From Rectinemataceae bacterium (GTDB taxonomy: Bacteria; Spirochaetota; Spirochaetia; Treponematales; Rectinemataceae), in assembly GCA_035530275.1 (NCBI GenBank), contig DATKVC010000001.1, positions 5,791 to 69,790 on the forward strand: 64,000 nt of DNA, read 5' to 3'. A program made the translations under genes and the position numbers. Of the stretch, positions 20,362 through 30,451 are shown in pieces (position 1 is the stretch's first letter; each line of letters starts with the position of its first letter). The notes under the pieces were generated by a model, which searched no databases, was not told the DNA's origin, and was given only the letters and a program-made list of their open reading frames with translations.

Positions 20362-21596
20362 TTGGCTGTCGTCGGCGCGCCGCGCATCTCCGCAAGGGGA
20401 ACCTCGACGGAGATTTTCTTTCCGTTGCGCCAGAGTTCGACGGTCACGCGGTCACCCGGCTTGTTGTCCTCGAGGGCCGCGTAGAACTCGGCGAGGGAGC
20501 CGACAGGGGCCCCGTCCACCGCAACGATGATGTCCCCGCCGACGTAGAAGACGGAGCGGCCGTAACGCACCGCCGTCGTGCCGCCTCGGATGCCGGCCCG
20601 GTCGGCGTTGCCGCCGCGCTTCGCCTGTGAGACGAGGAGACCCTTGTCGACGGGCACGGGATAGCCGTTCTGCTTCATGTAGTCGACGAGCTCGGGGAAG
20701 AGCTGGACGCCGTCGACCTCGATGGTCCCCCTCGTCACCTTGCCGTCCTTTATGAGCTGCGGAACTATCCGTTTGGCCGTGGCCACGGGGATGGCGAAGC
20801 CCACGCCGACCGAGCCGCCGGAGGGCGAATAGATCATCGTGTTTACGCCGATCATCTCGCCGCGGCTGTTGAGGAGGGGGCCGCCGGAATTGCCGGGGTT
20901 GATGGAGGCATCGGTCTGGATCATGTCGCGGAGGATGGTGGTGCTGTCCTCCTGCACCGGGCGGCCGAGGCCGGAGACGATGCCGACGGTGAGGGTCCGC
21001 TCGAGGCCGAAGGGATTGCCGATGGCCAGGACGCGTTGGCCGACCTTGAGATTCGAGGAGTCTCCGAAGGGGATGGTGCCGAGGGTGAGGCCCTTGGGCG
21101 GGGTGAATTTGATGACGGCGAGATCGCTTTCCGGATCGGTGCCGACCACCTTGGCCTCGTAGCGGGAGCCGTCCGCCAGGTTGACATAGAGCTTGTAGGC
21201 TCCCTTGACGACATGGTTGTTGGTGAGCACGTAGCCGCGGCTGTCGATAATCGAGCCGGAGCCCGAGCCGCCGTCCTGGGGCACGGGCTCCATGAACCAG
21301 TTGACCGCCACGATTTCGGTGGTGATGTTGACGACGGCCTCGTTGAGCCGGCCGTAGACGTCGATGTTCTGCTGCTCTTCGACGCTGTAGGCCGGACCGA
21401 GATCGACGGTGCGGGCAAGGGACTGGGTCGAAGCGGGGCTCGACAGGGCTGTCGAGACGGCGGAGCTACCGGTAGCGCCGCCTGGGGACGGGGAAGCCGA
21501 AGAAAAGCGCGCGCCCAGCCCGAAGCCGACGCCGAGGGCCGCTACGGCGAGGGATGCACCCAAAATAAGAATTTGCGATCGGCTGTACAGTTTCAT
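20358..21596 (-). CDS. HtrA/DegP-family serine protease with PDZ domain
   Basis: Signal anchor, trypsin-like domain (TNNHVV, GNSGGPL) and one PDZ domain. Confidence 0.9.
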   Translation of the reverse strand: MKLYSRSQILILGASLAVAALGVGFGLGARFSSASPSPGGATGSSAVSTALSSPASTQSLARTVDLGPAYSVEEQQNIDVYGRLNEAVVNITTEIVAVNWFMEPVPQDGGSGSGSIIDSRGYVLTNNHVVKGAYKLYVNLADGSRYEAKVVGTDPESDLAVIKFTPPKGLTLGTIPFGDSSNLKVGQRVLAIGNPFGLERTLTVGIVSGLGRPVQEDSTTILRDMIQTDASINPGNSGGPLLNSRGEMIGVNTMIYSPSGGSVGVGFAIPVATAKRIVPQLIKDGKVTRGTIEVDGVQLFPELVDYMKQNGYPVPVDKGLLVSQAKRGGNADRAGIRGGTTAVRYGRSVFYVGGDIIVAVDGAPVGSLAEFYAALEDNKPGDRVTVELWRNGKKISVEVPLAEMRGAPTTAN

Positions 21597-21717
21597 GAAC
21601 AGGACCTCCGGTTTGCGGGGCAGTACCGCGAATATACAGAGACGAGGACCTTCGCGTCGAGTCGCGAAGCCCGGCGGTCGCCGTGACTTTCCCGGCTGCC
21701 GATGCTACCTTCATTGC

Positions 21718-22878
21718 ATGCCGGCGCAGATCTCCCATATTCTCGCCGCCGAGGAGGCCCTTCTCCGAGGCGCCCCAGCCCTCGCCGAGGCGTGGGGCCT
21801 GGGAGTCAAGGCGAAGGGCGGATGGGCCGTCGGCAAGGAAACCACCGAGGCAGCCGCCTGGTTTCGCCTCGGGGCCCAGGGCCCTGACATCTTCTACCAT
21901 AATCAGCGCACCCACCCCTCAGGGCTCCATTACGGCCCCCTCTGCCACCGGCGCAACTATGGATTGACCGTCGAGGCGATGTGCGCCGCCCTCATCGACG
22001 CCGGGACGGCCACCGCCTCGCCCGAAGCCGCGTGGCTCCTCGGTTTCGCCACCCATGCCGCGGTGGATCGGGTCATTCACCCCTTCATCGTATACTTTTC
22101 GGGCTGGCAATTGCCCCTCGTCCCCGAAAGCGCGCGCTACAGGTCCTGCCACCCCTTTCTCGAAAGGCTGCTGGACATCGACATTCTCGCGAGGCTCCGC
22201 GGCCTCTCCATCGGCGACTGCGATCTTGAAGACCTCCTTCCGCTCGGAGCCAAGGAAAAGCGAACGGAGTTCAGCGCGCCTGGCCCAGGGGCGAACGAGC
22301 GACTCGACGGCGCCGTCGTCCGCCTCATCGCGACCGGCCTTCGCGCGGCCTTTCCCAGGGCGGCTGTGGCCGATTTCCTGATCGAGCGGAGGATCCAGAA
22401 CGCCTTGGCCGACGCTCGCTATTTTCTCCGCGTGACCAATCCCGCCCTGACCTCGGCGGGAAGCGCGAGCCTTCTCCCCTGGTTCGACGACCGTTCAGGC
22501 TGGCGATCGATGGCCCTCATCTATCCCGAGGCCCTGCCCGAGGGTCTGGACATCGCGAACGAGGCGCGGAATACCTGGGAGCATCCGGCAGGCGACGGAA
22601 GGAGTCGTTCGAACTCGCACGCGGAGTTGTTCGAAGAGGCCATCCAGCATGCGGCCGAGGCCGTCGCCATGGTCGTGTCATCCCTCGAAAAAGGAGGGAT
22701 GGAAGCGGGCTTCGCGACGGCGATCGGCAACGGCGGCCTCTCGGTCACCGACGGGGACGGCATTCCCGTCCCGCCGCGCCTTTCGCAACCCTTGGCCCTC
22801 AAGGAAGCGATGGAGAAGGAATTCGAGCGACGCATCGCCTTCGAGCGCGAGTGGACAAGTCGGACCAGGCCTCTGTAA
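21718..22878 (+). CDS. hypothetical protein, possibly zinc-dependent phospholipase C-like
   Basis: Start moved to MPAQISHILAAEEAL (ATG 21718, in frame). The histidine/aspartate pattern (SHILA, GAQGPDIFYH, THAAVDRVIHP) resembles the Zn-PLC fold. Weak call. Confidence 0.45.
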   Translation: MPAQISHILAAEEALLRGAPALAEAWGLGVKAKGGWAVGKETTEAAAWFRLGAQGPDIFYHNQRTHPSGLHYGPLCHRRNYGLTVEAMCAALIDAGTATASPEAAWLLGFATHAAVDRVIHPFIVYFSGWQLPLVPESARYRSCHPFLERLLDIDILARLRGLSIGDCDLEDLLPLGAKEKRTEFSAPGPGANERLDGAVVRLIATGLRAAFPRAAVADFLIERRIQNALADARYFLRVTNPALTSAGSASLLPWFDDRSGWRSMALIYPEALPEGLDIANEARNTWEHPAGDGRSRSNSHAELFEEAIQHAAEAVAMVVSSLEKGGMEAGFATAIGNGGLSVTDGDGIPVPPRLSQPLALKEAMEKEFERRIAFEREWTSRTRPL

Positions 22879-22887
22879 GATTCGTCC

Positions 22888-24153
22888 ATGAGAATGAAGG
22901 ATCGCCTCACCAAGGCCTATGGAACGTCGGCCCCCAAGGCCGGCGCCGCGCCCGCCGACAAGGCATTCGGCGACTCGAAGATCAAGGGCGGCGATCCGAA
23001 GACGACCAGGATCGGGACCGGCAGTCAGCTTCCCGCGGCGAGGAGCGGCAAGGCCGCTGGCGGCAAGCCGCCGAAGAAGGCCGACTCGGCCGGCAAGCCC
23101 GGCGCTCCCGCGACGGCGGGTCTCGATGCCGCCGAGACGCGGGCCGAGGGCCTCCTCAAGTCGGGCAACGAAACAGGCATATCGAGGGCGGCCAAATTCC
23201 TCCTCCTCCTCGGCACGGACGAGGCGGCCAAGGTCCTGTCGCAGCTCCCGGCCGAGGACATCGACCGGGTCGCGAAGGAAATACTCTCAATTAGGAACAT
23301 CGACGCCATCGAGGCCAACGACGTGCTCGCCGAATTCGGCTGGCTCGTCAAGACGAAGGGCTGGGCCCTGGAGGGCGGACCGGAGACGGCCGAGAAGATC
23401 CTCGTCGCCGCCTTCGGTCCCGAGCGCGCGCGCGAACTCCTCAGGAAGGCGGCGCCAGAGGCGATCAGGCCCTTCCGCTTCCTCAACGACTTCCAGCCCT
23501 CCGAACTCATGGTCATCCTCAAGGACGAGTCCTCCCAGGTCTTCGCCCTCATCCTGCCCTACATCGAGCCGAAGCGGGCCTCGGGCCTCATCGAGCTGCT
23601 CGATGAGGCGCGGCGCATCGACGTGGTCAAACGGGTCGCCAGGCTCGAGAAGGTCAATCCGGAAATCCTAAGGCGGGTCGAGGAGACGCTCAAGGACAGG
23701 ATCAGGAGAATCGGGACGATGTCCAGCGACGAGATCGACGGCAAGTCGGCCCTCGCCGGCATCCTCCGCCATGTCGACCCCCGCCTCGAGGCGAGGGTCC
23801 TCGATGCGCTCGAGGAGGACAACCCCGAAATTTCGAGGAGCGTCCGCGAGCGCCTCTTCACCCTCGAGGACGTGGTGCGCGTCCCCTCGAGGGAACTGCA
23901 AAAAGCCCTCAGGGACTTCCAGGATCGCGATCTCGCCCTCGTGCTCAAGGGAAGGAGCGACGATTTCCGCGAAAAGATCCTCGGGAACGTCTCGAAGAAT
24001 CGGCGCGAACTCATTCTCGACGAGTACAAGATCCTGGGCGCGGTGCGCCGCGAGGACGCCGACGAGGCCGCGCGGGAACTCCTCTCCTACCTCAAGCATG
24101 CCTGGGACGCCGGCGAACTGATCCTCGAAGGCGAGGACGAGCTCGTCGAGTAA
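22888..24153 (+). CDS. fliG: FliG-like flagellar motor switch paralog with a roughly 95-aa K/A/G/P-rich N-terminal extension
   Basis: AAKFLLLLGTDEAAKVLSQLPAEDIDRVAKEI, and C-terminal LFTLEDVVRVPSRELQKALRD...LALVLKG...NVSKNRRELI, match FliG middle and C domains. Confidence 0.8.
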   Translation: MRMKDRLTKAYGTSAPKAGAAPADKAFGDSKIKGGDPKTTRIGTGSQLPAARSGKAAGGKPPKKADSAGKPGAPATAGLDAAETRAEGLLKSGNETGISRAAKFLLLLGTDEAAKVLSQLPAEDIDRVAKEILSIRNIDAIEANDVLAEFGWLVKTKGWALEGGPETAEKILVAAFGPERARELLRKAAPEAIRPFRFLNDFQPSELMVILKDESSQVFALILPYIEPKRASGLIELLDEARRIDVVKRVARLEKVNPEILRRVEETLKDRIRRIGTMSSDEIDGKSALAGILRHVDPRLEARVLDALEEDNPEISRSVRERLFTLEDVVRVPSRELQKALRDFQDRDLALVLKGRSDDFREKILGNVSKNRRELILDEYKILGAVRREDADEAARELLSYLKHAWDAGELILEGEDELVE

Positions 24154-24169
24154 GGGAGTCCGGGGCGAC

Positions 24170-24733
24170 TCATGGAGGGGCTTCGCCTTTTTCTTCCCCG
24201 GAACCAAATCTCGGAGCGAAGGTGAGTTTGCCCTCGGCGGCCTCCTCGGCCCGCGCGAGCATGAACAGCCAGTCGGAAAGGCGATTGAGCCAGACGCGGA
24301 GCGAGCCCGATACCTCGACCTCGCGCGCCAGCGAAAGGACCCTCCGCTCGGCACGGCGCGATACGGCCCTGGCCACGTCGAGGGCGGCCGAACCGGCCGT
24401 CATGCCCGGAAGCACGAAACCCGTCAGGGCTACCTTTGCCTCGAGGGCCTTCGTCGCCTCGGTGACGGCCTCGACGTCGGCCTCTCCGAGGGGGACGCCG
24501 AAGGGTTTGCCGCGCGAGGCCAGCTCCCCTCCGGCCCGCACGAGATCGCGCTGGATCGATTCTATTGCCGCGAGGGTCGCGGGGAGACGCACCGAATGCC
24601 TCGCGAGGCCGAGCTGGGAGGAAAGCTCGTCGATCGTCCCGTAGGCCTCGACCCTCGGATCGTCCTTGCGGACCCTTTCCCCCGACCAGAGGCTTGTCAG
24701 GCCTCCGTCTCCCGTCTTGGTCACGATGCTCAT
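24170..24733 (-). CDS. PduO-type ATP:cob(I)alamin adenosyltransferase
   Basis: MSIVTKTGDGGLTSLWSGERVRKDDPRVEAYGTIDELSSQLG is the canonical PduO-type N-terminus. Confidence 0.9.
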   Translation of the reverse strand: MSIVTKTGDGGLTSLWSGERVRKDDPRVEAYGTIDELSSQLGLARHSVRLPATLAAIESIQRDLVRAGGELASRGKPFGVPLGEADVEAVTEATKALEAKVALTGFVLPGMTAGSAALDVARAVSRRAERRVLSLAREVEVSGSLRVWLNRLSDWLFMLARAEEAAEGKLTFAPRFGSGEEKGEAPP

Positions 24734-24817
24734 CGGCGAAGGATAGCCCGAAGAAGGCCTTTCGTGAAGGCGAGCCGCACTTGACTCGTCAGCGTCCCGG
24801 CGTCCATCTTTCCGGAC

Positions 24818-27766
24818 ATGCGTTCATACCACGGATCCTTCGAAACCCTCTCCGAGACCGATCTTCCCGAATACCGGGCCCGCGGCATCCTCCTCAGGCA
24901 CCGGAAGACGGGATGCGAGGTCTACAAGCTCGCGGCCGACGAGGTCGAAAACTCCTTCGCCTTCGTCTTCCGCACCCCCCCGAAGGATGCCTCCGGCGTG
25001 GCGCACATCGTCGAGCATTCGGTGCTCTGCGGTTCGGAGGCGTACCCGGTCAAGGATTCCTTCCTCGTGATGTCCCGCCGAAGCCTCGCCACCTTCCTCA
25101 ACGCCTTCACCTGGCCCGACAAGACGGTCTACCCGGCGGCGAGCGCCGTGAGGCAGGATTTCTGGAACCTCCTCTCCGTCTACGGCGACGCCGTCTTCCA
25201 CCCCCTCCTGTCGGAAGAGACCTTCATGCAGGAGGCCCATCACCTCGAGTACGACGAGGAGGGCAAGCTCATCGTGAAGGGCGTGGTCTACAACGAGATG
25301 CGCGGCGACTACTCCTCAGCCGACTCGCTCGCGGGCACGGCCTCCTCGACGAAGCTCTTCACGCCCGGCCATCCCTATTCCTACGATTCGGGCGGCGACC
25401 CCGCCGTCATTCCCAGCCTCAACTACAAGACTTTCCGCGCCTTCCACGCGGAGCGTTATCATCCTTCCAATTGCAAGGTCTTTTTCCACGGCGACATCCC
25501 CCTCGAGGAGGAGCTCGTCTTCCTAGAGGAGAGGCTCCTCGGGGATTTCGAGGCGCGGAAGGTGGAAAGCGCCGTGCCGGTACAGGCCCGCATCGTCGAG
25601 CCCAGGCGCATCGACGTGCCCTATCCCCTCGCCGAAGGGGCCGAGGCGACGACCCAGATCGTCGTCAACTGGCTGGGTTCCGAGATCACCGACGAGCTCG
25701 AGTCCTTCGGGCTCGAACTCCTTGCCGAGGCCCTCCTCGGCCACGACGGCTCGCCGCTGGCCGCCGCCCTGCGCGGTTCCGGTCTCGGCGAGGATCTCTC
25801 CCCCCAATGCGGCATCGACACCGTCTTCAGGCAGGTAATATTCTCCGCCGGCCTGAGGGGCGCGGTCGCCGGAAGCGAGGCCGAGGTCGAAAAATTGATA
25901 CTTGGTACTATCCGCGACGTGGTCGAGAAGGGTCTGCCTCCAAAGGCGAAGGAGGCCGCCATCCACGCCTTCGTCTTCTCGAACCGCGAGGTGCGCCGCG
26001 ATTCCACGACCTACGGGCTCAAGCTCCTCTTCCGCTCCCTTCGGGGCTGGCTCCACGGCTCGGGACCCGAGGCCACCCTCTCCTTCGTCCGCGTCCTCGA
26101 GCGAGCCCAGGCGGCCATGGAGGCCGATCCCCGCTGGCTCGAGGGCCTCGCGCGGAAATGGCTCCTCGAGAATCCCCACCGCACGACGGTGACCGTCCGC
26201 CCCGAGGAGGGACTCTTCGAACAGCGCAAGACCGAGGAGGAACGCGCCCTCGCCGAGAAGGAAGCCTCCTTCGACGCGGCGGCGAAGGACGCGATCCGCG
26301 ATGCCCAGGCCCGACTCGCCGCCCTCCAGGAGCTCCCCGATCCTGCGGAAAAGCTCGCCCTCCTCCCCATGCTTCGCGTCGAGGATCTGCCCCGAGACGT
26401 GGAGCGCATCGTTCGGGAAAAGAGCGAGGTCGCCGGCGTTCCGATCAGCCTGAAACCCGTATTCACAAATGGTATCGTATATCTCGAACTCGCCTTCCCC
26501 CTCGACGGGCTTCCCCGCGAGACCCAGGTCTGGATGCCGATGCTTTCGCGCTTCATCGCCGGGGCCGGCCTCCCCGAAATGGGCTGGGCTGAGGTGGCGG
26601 AGGAGCTCGCCCTCAGCGCGGGCAACTTCGGCGCCAGCCTCGATGCTGGCAGTCTTGCCGTCGATACGGGCCCGGGGCCTGGCCGCGGCAAGAGGGGCGA
26701 TTCGCGAGCCTTCGTCTTCATCCGCCTCAAGGCCCTCTCCGACCGCTTTCCGCGCGCCCTCGAGCTCGCCCTCCGCCTCCTTTCCGAAGCCGACTCGACG
26801 GATACGGGGCGGGTCGGAGACCTCCTCGCCGAGCTCGGCAACGACATCGTGTCGGCCATCGTGCCGGCGGGCAATTCCTTCGCCGTCGCCAGGGCAAACG
26901 CCTCCTTCGGGGAATCCCTCGCCATCGAGGATCTCTGGAGGGGCACGAGCCAGGTGCTATTCGTGAAGGGCCTCCGCGCCGCCAAAGATATCGGAGGGCT
27001 CGCTTCATCCCTGGCAGCCCTCCGCTCGGGCATCTTCGTCCGCGAAGGACTCCGAGCGAGCCTCTCCGCCGACCCGGAACTGCTCGAGGCCGCGACTGCC
27101 GCCCTCGCGGCCCAGCTGCCTCGTCTTCCCTTCGGAGCCGTGGCCTCGTGGCCGACCTCCCCCGCCTTCGATCCTCCCTGGAGACACGAGGCCTGGTCCA
27201 TATCGGCCCAGGTCGGCTACGCGGCGGCGGCCTGCCCCTCGACTCGTTTCGGGGAAAAGGATTTCGCGGCGACGAGCGTACTCATGCACCATTTGACGCG
27301 CGGAGCCCTCTGGGACGAACTCCGTGTCCGGCGCGGTGCCTACGGGGCCTCGGCCTGGCTCGAAAGCCTCGAAGGGGTGGCCTGTTTCTCAACCTATCGC
27401 GATCCGAGCCCTGCCCAGAGCATCGGCTGGTTCCGCGAGGCCCTCTTCGCGGCCGCGAGCGGGAGCGGCATGGATTCCGCCATGGAATCGGTCATCGGGG
27501 CCTCGGGGCGGGACCTCAAGCCACTCCTCCCCGAAGAGCGTTCGGCGGTGGACTTCCGACGCGAGATCTTCGGAATCACCGACGAGCTCAGGCAGGAGAA
27601 ACGAGACGGCATGCTCGCCTGCACCAGGGCCGATCTGGAAGCGGCGGCGGGCCGGCTCGCGGCTTCGATGGAAGGCCTGTCCTCCGTATTGATTTCCGGC
27701 GAGAAGGATATACAATCGACGACTGTATTGCGGCCCGACACCCGCATCCTCGCGACGCCCTTATGA
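24818..27766 (+). CDS. M16 family metallopeptidase, PreP/insulinase-like (M16C)
   Basis: HIVEHSVLCGS inverted zinc motif (HxxEH) and about 980 aa with four M16 half-domains. Confidence 0.85.
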   Translation: MRSYHGSFETLSETDLPEYRARGILLRHRKTGCEVYKLAADEVENSFAFVFRTPPKDASGVAHIVEHSVLCGSEAYPVKDSFLVMSRRSLATFLNAFTWPDKTVYPAASAVRQDFWNLLSVYGDAVFHPLLSEETFMQEAHHLEYDEEGKLIVKGVVYNEMRGDYSSADSLAGTASSTKLFTPGHPYSYDSGGDPAVIPSLNYKTFRAFHAERYHPSNCKVFFHGDIPLEEELVFLEERLLGDFEARKVESAVPVQARIVEPRRIDVPYPLAEGAEATTQIVVNWLGSEITDELESFGLELLAEALLGHDGSPLAAALRGSGLGEDLSPQCGIDTVFRQVIFSAGLRGAVAGSEAEVEKLILGTIRDVVEKGLPPKAKEAAIHAFVFSNREVRRDSTTYGLKLLFRSLRGWLHGSGPEATLSFVRVLERAQAAMEADPRWLEGLARKWLLENPHRTTVTVRPEEGLFEQRKTEEERALAEKEASFDAAAKDAIRDAQARLAALQELPDPAEKLALLPMLRVEDLPRDVERIVREKSEVAGVPISLKPVFTNGIVYLELAFPLDGLPRETQVWMPMLSRFIAGAGLPEMGWAEVAEELALSAGNFGASLDAGSLAVDTGPGPGRGKRGDSRAFVFIRLKALSDRFPRALELALRLLSEADSTDTGRVGDLLAELGNDIVSAIVPAGNSFAVARANASFGESLAIEDLWRGTSQVLFVKGLRAAKDIGGLASSLAALRSGIFVREGLRASLSADPELLEAATAALAAQLPRLPFGAVASWPTSPAFDPPWRHEAWSISAQVGYAAAACPSTRFGEKDFAATSVLMHHLTRGALWDELRVRRGAYGASAWLESLEGVACFSTYRDPSPAQSIGWFREALFAAASGSGMDSAMESVIGASGRDLKPLLPEERSAVDFRREIFGITDELRQEKRDGMLACTRADLEAAAGRLAASMEGLSSVLISGEKDIQSTTVLRPDTRILATPL

Positions 27767-27820
27767 GACGCGTCGCGACGATGCCTTTATAAGACGCGGC
27801 GCGACGATGCCTTACTGGAG
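27751..27820 (+). repeat. three tandem imperfect copies (about 20-26 nt) of CG(N)CGCGACG(ATG)CCTT(T)A... straddling the M16 stop codon
   Basis: cgcgacgcccttatgagacg / cgtcgcgacgatgcctttataagacg / cggcgcgacgatgccttactggag, read directly from the sequence. Confidence 0.6.
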
Positions 27821-27864
27821 GTCGTCGCCGCCATAGGCAGATTCGAATCGAGGAGTCCCTGACC

Positions 27865-28065
27865 ATGGAAGATCGAGGCCTCGCCCTCCTGCGTAAGCTC
27901 ATGTCCGATGTCGAAGGGGCCCCCTTCCCCGGCTCGGTCCCGGAAGAACGTTATGCGATCTGGTACGAACACGCGCAGAGCGTGGCCCAGGAGGCCCTCG
28001 AATACCTCAACCAACTCGATCCGGACTACGGGCGTGACGAAGCCATGCCCGATCTCCTGGCGTGA
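27865..28065 (+). CDS. small hypothetical protein (66 aa)
   Basis: ORF with GC-rich third codon positions in an otherwise empty 365-nt gap, co-oriented with the downstream cyclase. No recognisable motif. Confidence 0.3.
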   Translation: MEDRGLALLRKLMSDVEGAPFPGSVPEERYAIWYEHAQSVAQEALEYLNQLDPDYGRDEAMPDLLA

Positions 28066-28131
28066 CGGAATGATCATACAGAACCCCCATTTCGCAGCTC
28101 CGCGCGAAGCGGACAAGGGCCGCGACTGACC

Positions 28132-30306
28132 ATGTCGAGCGAATCCCAGCAAGAACTGCGCGCGCGGATAAACGCGAGCAATCTCGAGGCCTGGGATCGC
28201 ATGCTCTCGGACCCGCAGACCACCCTCGCCCTCGCCCGCGAAACCCTCGAAGAGGCCCAAGCCTGCGACTACCGCGACGGCGAGGGCGAGGCCGAACTCA
28301 ATATCGGCTGGTGCGAATTCTACCTCTCCCGGCTGGGCGAGGCGCTCAGGCACTTCGAGAGGGCTCGGACGATCTTCGAGGAAATTTCGCATCCCCTCGG
28401 GCTCATGAAGGCCTACAACGCCCTCGGCGGCGTCCACCAGGAATTCGGCCGCTTCGATGTCGCGATGGACTTCTACGCCCGGAGCCTCGACGAGGCCAGG
28501 CGTCATGGGAACGCCCTGCGCGAGGCGGCCACCCTCAACAACATCGGCGAGATATGCCTCGAACGCGGCGACGTGAAGGAGGGGCTCGACTACCTCCTCA
28601 GGGCCTACGAAACGGTGATGGAGGCCGACGATCGGGAGCTTATCGCCAATGTCCTCATCAATCTCGGCAAGGGATTCCACAGCATGGAGAACTGGGTCCT
28701 CGCCTGGGACTTCGCCGAGAAGGCCCTGGACGTGACCAAGGGCTCGGGAAACCGAACCCTCGAGGCGGAAGCCGAGCTCGTTTTCGGCAGGATCGTGCGC
28801 GATTCCACCTCGGCGGCGGAGGCCGAGCCCCACTTCCTCTCGGCCCTCGCGATCGCAGAGAGCCTCGGCAACGAGAAATCGCGGGTGGCCACCCTGCTGG
28901 AGCTCGGCGCCCTGGACGCCCTCAGAGGCGACAACGAAGGGGCACTGGAGCGCTATCGCAACGCCCTCGCGGGCGCCGAAATGCTCGGCGCGAAGAAGCT
29001 GCTCAATCTCGCCTATGAACGGCTGTCGGAGGTCCATGCCGCCCTCGGCGATTACCAGATCGCCCTCGACTACTACATTCGTCACGCCCGCTTCGAAAAG
29101 GAGGCCCTCGGCGAGGACACTTCCCGCAAGATCAACGGCATCACGGTGCAGTACGAAGTGGAGCGGAGCAAGCAGGAGGCGGAGATCTATCGGCTCAGGA
29201 ACATCGAACTCAGGGAAAAGACCCTCGAGCTCGAGGAACTCAACGGCCAACTTCGCTCGATCTCGGAGATCGGAAGGCGAGTGACCTCCAGCCTCGACCT
29301 CGACACGGTGATATCCACATTGCACGAGAGCCTCGGGCGGCACATGGATGTCTCGGTCTTCGGCATCGCGGTCTATTCGGAGGAGGAGAAGGTCCTCGAC
29401 TGGAAGGCCTACTTCGAGCTGTCGAAGCGCCTGCATCGGCCCCTTCGGAAGATCGATCCCCATCGGAGCATCGCGGCCTGGTGCATAGCCAATCGACAGA
29501 CGGCCTTCATCAACGACCCCGAGCTCGAGGCGAAGAAGTATATCGACGGTCCGCCGAGCGTCTTCGGCACGCCGACGGGCTCGCTCATCTTCATACCTCT
29601 TAGCATAGAAGAGCGTGTGATCGGCATCCTGACCGTCCAGGCGATCGCCCGAAACGCCTATACCCAGCTCCATCGCGCCCTCCTCGAGGCCCTCGGTCCC
29701 TACGTCGCCATCGCCATCGAGAACAGCCTGATCCACGACCGCCTCTCCGAGATGCACCGCGCGATCATGGGGGAGAAGGCCGAGCTCGAGCGGAGCGCGA
29801 CGTATTCGAGCCATCTCGCCAACCACGACAGTCTCACCGGCCTTCCCAACCGAAGGCTCCTCTTCGAGCTCCTTCAGAAATCCTTCGATATAGCCGCGCG
29901 CAACGGTACCAAGGTCGGCATCGTCTTCATCGACCTCGACGACTTCAAGCCAGTCAACGACCGCTTCGGCCACCTTTCCGGCGACGCCGTCCTCGTCGAG
30001 ATCGCCAACAGGCTTCAGACCTCGCTTCGGTCGTCGGACACCATCGCGCGGGTAGGCGGCGACGAATTCATCGTCGTGCTCACCAATGTTCGCGACACTT
30101 CGGTCATCGGTCTCGCGAGGCAGAAGCTCGCCGAGGCGACTCTTCGCCCCATCGAGATGGACGAGGGCGTCTGCAGCATCGGGCTTTCCATGGGCATCTC
30201 CGTATTTCCCGACGACGGAACAAACGTCGAGGAGCTCCTGGGAAAGGCCGATGCGGGCATGTACGCAGAAAAGGCCTCGAAAAAGCCCAAGATCGGCTCC
30301 CATTGA
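28132..30306 (+). CDS. TPR-GAF-GGDEF diguanylate cyclase
   Basis: N-terminal TPR repeats, coiled coil, GAF-like region and a C-terminal GGDEF domain (RVGGDEFIVVL) with an RSSD I-site five residues upstream. Confidence 0.9.
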   Translation: MSSESQQELRARINASNLEAWDRMLSDPQTTLALARETLEEAQACDYRDGEGEAELNIGWCEFYLSRLGEALRHFERARTIFEEISHPLGLMKAYNALGGVHQEFGRFDVAMDFYARSLDEARRHGNALREAATLNNIGEICLERGDVKEGLDYLLRAYETVMEADDRELIANVLINLGKGFHSMENWVLAWDFAEKALDVTKGSGNRTLEAEAELVFGRIVRDSTSAAEAEPHFLSALAIAESLGNEKSRVATLLELGALDALRGDNEGALERYRNALAGAEMLGAKKLLNLAYERLSEVHAALGDYQIALDYYIRHARFEKEALGEDTSRKINGITVQYEVERSKQEAEIYRLRNIELREKTLELEELNGQLRSISEIGRRVTSSLDLDTVISTLHESLGRHMDVSVFGIAVYSEEEKVLDWKAYFELSKRLHRPLRKIDPHRSIAAWCIANRQTAFINDPELEAKKYIDGPPSVFGTPTGSLIFIPLSIEERVIGILTVQAIARNAYTQLHRALLEALGPYVAIAIENSLIHDRLSEMHRAIMGEKAELERSATYSSHLANHDSLTGLPNRRLLFELLQKSFDIAARNGTKVGIVFIDLDDFKPVNDRFGHLSGDAVLVEIANRLQTSLRSSDTIARVGGDEFIVVLTNVRDTSVIGLARQKLAEATLRPIEMDEGVCSIGLSMGISVFPDDGTNVEELLGKADAGMYAEKASKKPKIGSH

Positions 30307-30451
30307 GGTTCCCGACCGTCGGCATGACCATTTCCCCGATCCCCGACCGTCGTTGACAGCCCTTCGCGGGCGTGCTACCGTCTCGGTCGTTTCTGCCCGA
30401 AATCGACCGCGACTTCGTTGTCGCAAGCCCTCTCCTCGACGGAAGGAAATC

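Noticed and set aside
18112-20484. 375-aa and 379-aa plus-strand ORFs
   Set aside because: They are antisense to uvrB. The same reasoning applies to 48240-49715, 50293-51573, 52729-54702, 55440-57133 and 31163-32870, which lie opposite the SAS/flaA, amidase, ATP-grasp/PseG, glycan-operon and ppiD/maf genes.
24565-26592. 675-aa plus-strand ORF overlapping the M16 peptidase gene
   Set aside because: It is an alternative frame of the peptidase gene. The translation is extreme R/P/G-rich with no structure-like segments, whereas the 24818 frame carries the HxxEH motif.
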